This document shows positions 51,001-52,065 of a DNA stretch of 52,065 bases, piece by piece. A program made the translations under genes and the position numbers. The number at the start of each line of letters is the position of its first letter. Position 1 is the stretch's first letter. Below the pieces are notes generated by a model. The model made no database searches. It was not told the DNA's origin and saw only the letters and a program-made list of their open reading frames with translations. Source of the DNA: Vermamoeba vermiformis (lineage: Eukaryota); assembly GCA_045837725.1 (NCBI GenBank), contig JBEWZL010000306.1, positions 310,001 through 362,065 on the forward strand, read 5' to 3'.

Positions 51001-51380
51001 ATGGATCGGCCGTCTACATCTGACTGAAAAAACAAGTCGAACGAGTCGCTACGGCAATCTGCAGCGATAAAAGTTAATAAATTGGTATTGTATTTATTAA
51101 ATAATTAATATAACCAGTACTTACCAAATAAAGAGTGGGCGAGCACGTTTAAATCGCGGATCGGTTCTAAAATACTAGATTAGATTAATAAATAAAACAT
51201 AAATTTAAATTTAATCTCAATGCAAACCGCCGCTAATATGTAAATGATCGGAACCAATTTGAATCCGGATTCAAATAAATAAAATGTAAAATTAAACTTA
51301 CTAGTAGCGCCAAGTAGTAGTAGTGTTGCTTTCGTTATTCGTGAACAAGTAATACCAAGCTGGCACGAACAACTTGACCT

Positions 51381-51418
51381 GTCACGTCAAGTGATTCGTC
51401 ACGTGATAAGTCACGTGG
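51381..51418. promoter_or_regulatory. Cluster of three GTCACGT motifs (two complete E-boxes, CACGTG)
   Basis: GTCACGT at 51381, 51398 and 51410. Confidence 0.4.
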
Positions 51419-51811
51419 GTTGTTCACCGGTGAAAAAACAGAAACAAACTTTTTGTAATTTACCGTGCTAAAAACAATAGCGTGTCACCACAAGTGGCGC
51501 GTTTGTTTAATATAATTGCGATACGAATCCAACAGATTCTATTGCAATTTAAAGTTTAGATCGTCGATCAAAAATCGGCATCTAAATTATCTGCTAAGCC
51601 TCCAAAAGAGGCTTGACTTTATCTATATATATCGAATCATCGCCTATAAATTCCGTTGGTAAAACGGAATATTACAAGACAAATTTAGATTCGATCAGAA
51701 TGGTAAATATTATTTAAAATTTCAACCTTAGTTTATTGACACAAATAATTAAAAACAAGTTTTTATATATCGTATTTTATTTTATTAGTATTTTTACAGT
51801 GCTAATGCTTT

Positions 51812-52065
51812 TTATAGAACAAGTCCAAGACATCGGCCTTGGATTCCATTAGAACTTACGTGACGTTCTTCGTCCTTGCTCGCAACCGTTTGGCACCAGG
51901 CGGAAGTACAGAAGCCTACGTCACCAAGCTGCACGACAGCCTTCAGTACTTTGGCTCGTTTGGCCGCAGAGCAGATTTCATCTTTTTCTACGTCTTGTTT
52001 GATTTTCATGGAATGCTGCCCTCGCTCCCAGACCGCACACAAGTTTATCCAACGTGGTACAAGAC
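51812..52065 (-). CDS. Possible 3' end of a gene entering from the right edge, function unknown
   Basis: The frame is open from the window edge with coding-like GC content, followed by an AT-rich region. A GTAAGT near 51860 could alter the true end. Confidence 0.4.
   Translation of the reverse strand, partial: LVPRWINLCAVWERGQHSMKIKQDVEKDEICSAAKRAKVLKAVVQLGDVGFCTSAWCQTVASKDEERHVSSNGIQGRCLGLVL

Noticed and set aside
50614-51027. 137-aa ORF of KTKSxGVVSTRRRSQE repeats
   Set aside because: It has a non-ATG start and is a by-product of a stop-free 48-bp (16-codon) repeat. Conservation follows the DNA palindrome, not codons.

Overview
Gene-dense, intron-rich eukaryotic DNA. Introns are mostly ~45-60 nt GT-AG with GTAAGT/GTACGT donors and CTAAY-type branch points. 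The gene content looks like a free-living protist, probably amoebozoan-like (inference). The ORF track fragments most genes, so exons were joined by hand. About 18 protein genes can be reconstructed: a giant ectodomain/multi-TM protein, a degenerate Crinkler-type NTPase, an RRM-SPOC (Spen/FPA-like) protein, a coiled-coil protein, a ~1,820-aa HMMR-like protein, an F-box-SNF2 fusion, transaldolase, a CUE protein, RAD9, an F-box membrane protein, cis-prenyltransferase, TMEM19, a nucleotide-sugar transporter, prolyl 4-hydroxylase, a transporter-like/pyruvyltransferase fusion, a GH31 glycosidase, an ELOVL elongase and a beta-helix class C GPCR. There is also one tRNA-Arg(CCT) and a possible partial CDS at the right edge. 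The most unusual items are (i) a 7 x 48-bp hairpin array with flip/flop loops inside an apparently spliced non-coding minus-strand unit at 48.2-51.4 kb, (ii) the membrane transporter-pyruvyltransferase fusion within a run of ER/Golgi glycan/lipid genes, (iii) a bacterial-adhesin-like giant receptor, and (iv) a hidden alternative exon in the RRM-SPOC gene. Family assignments rest on recognised motifs, not database searches.
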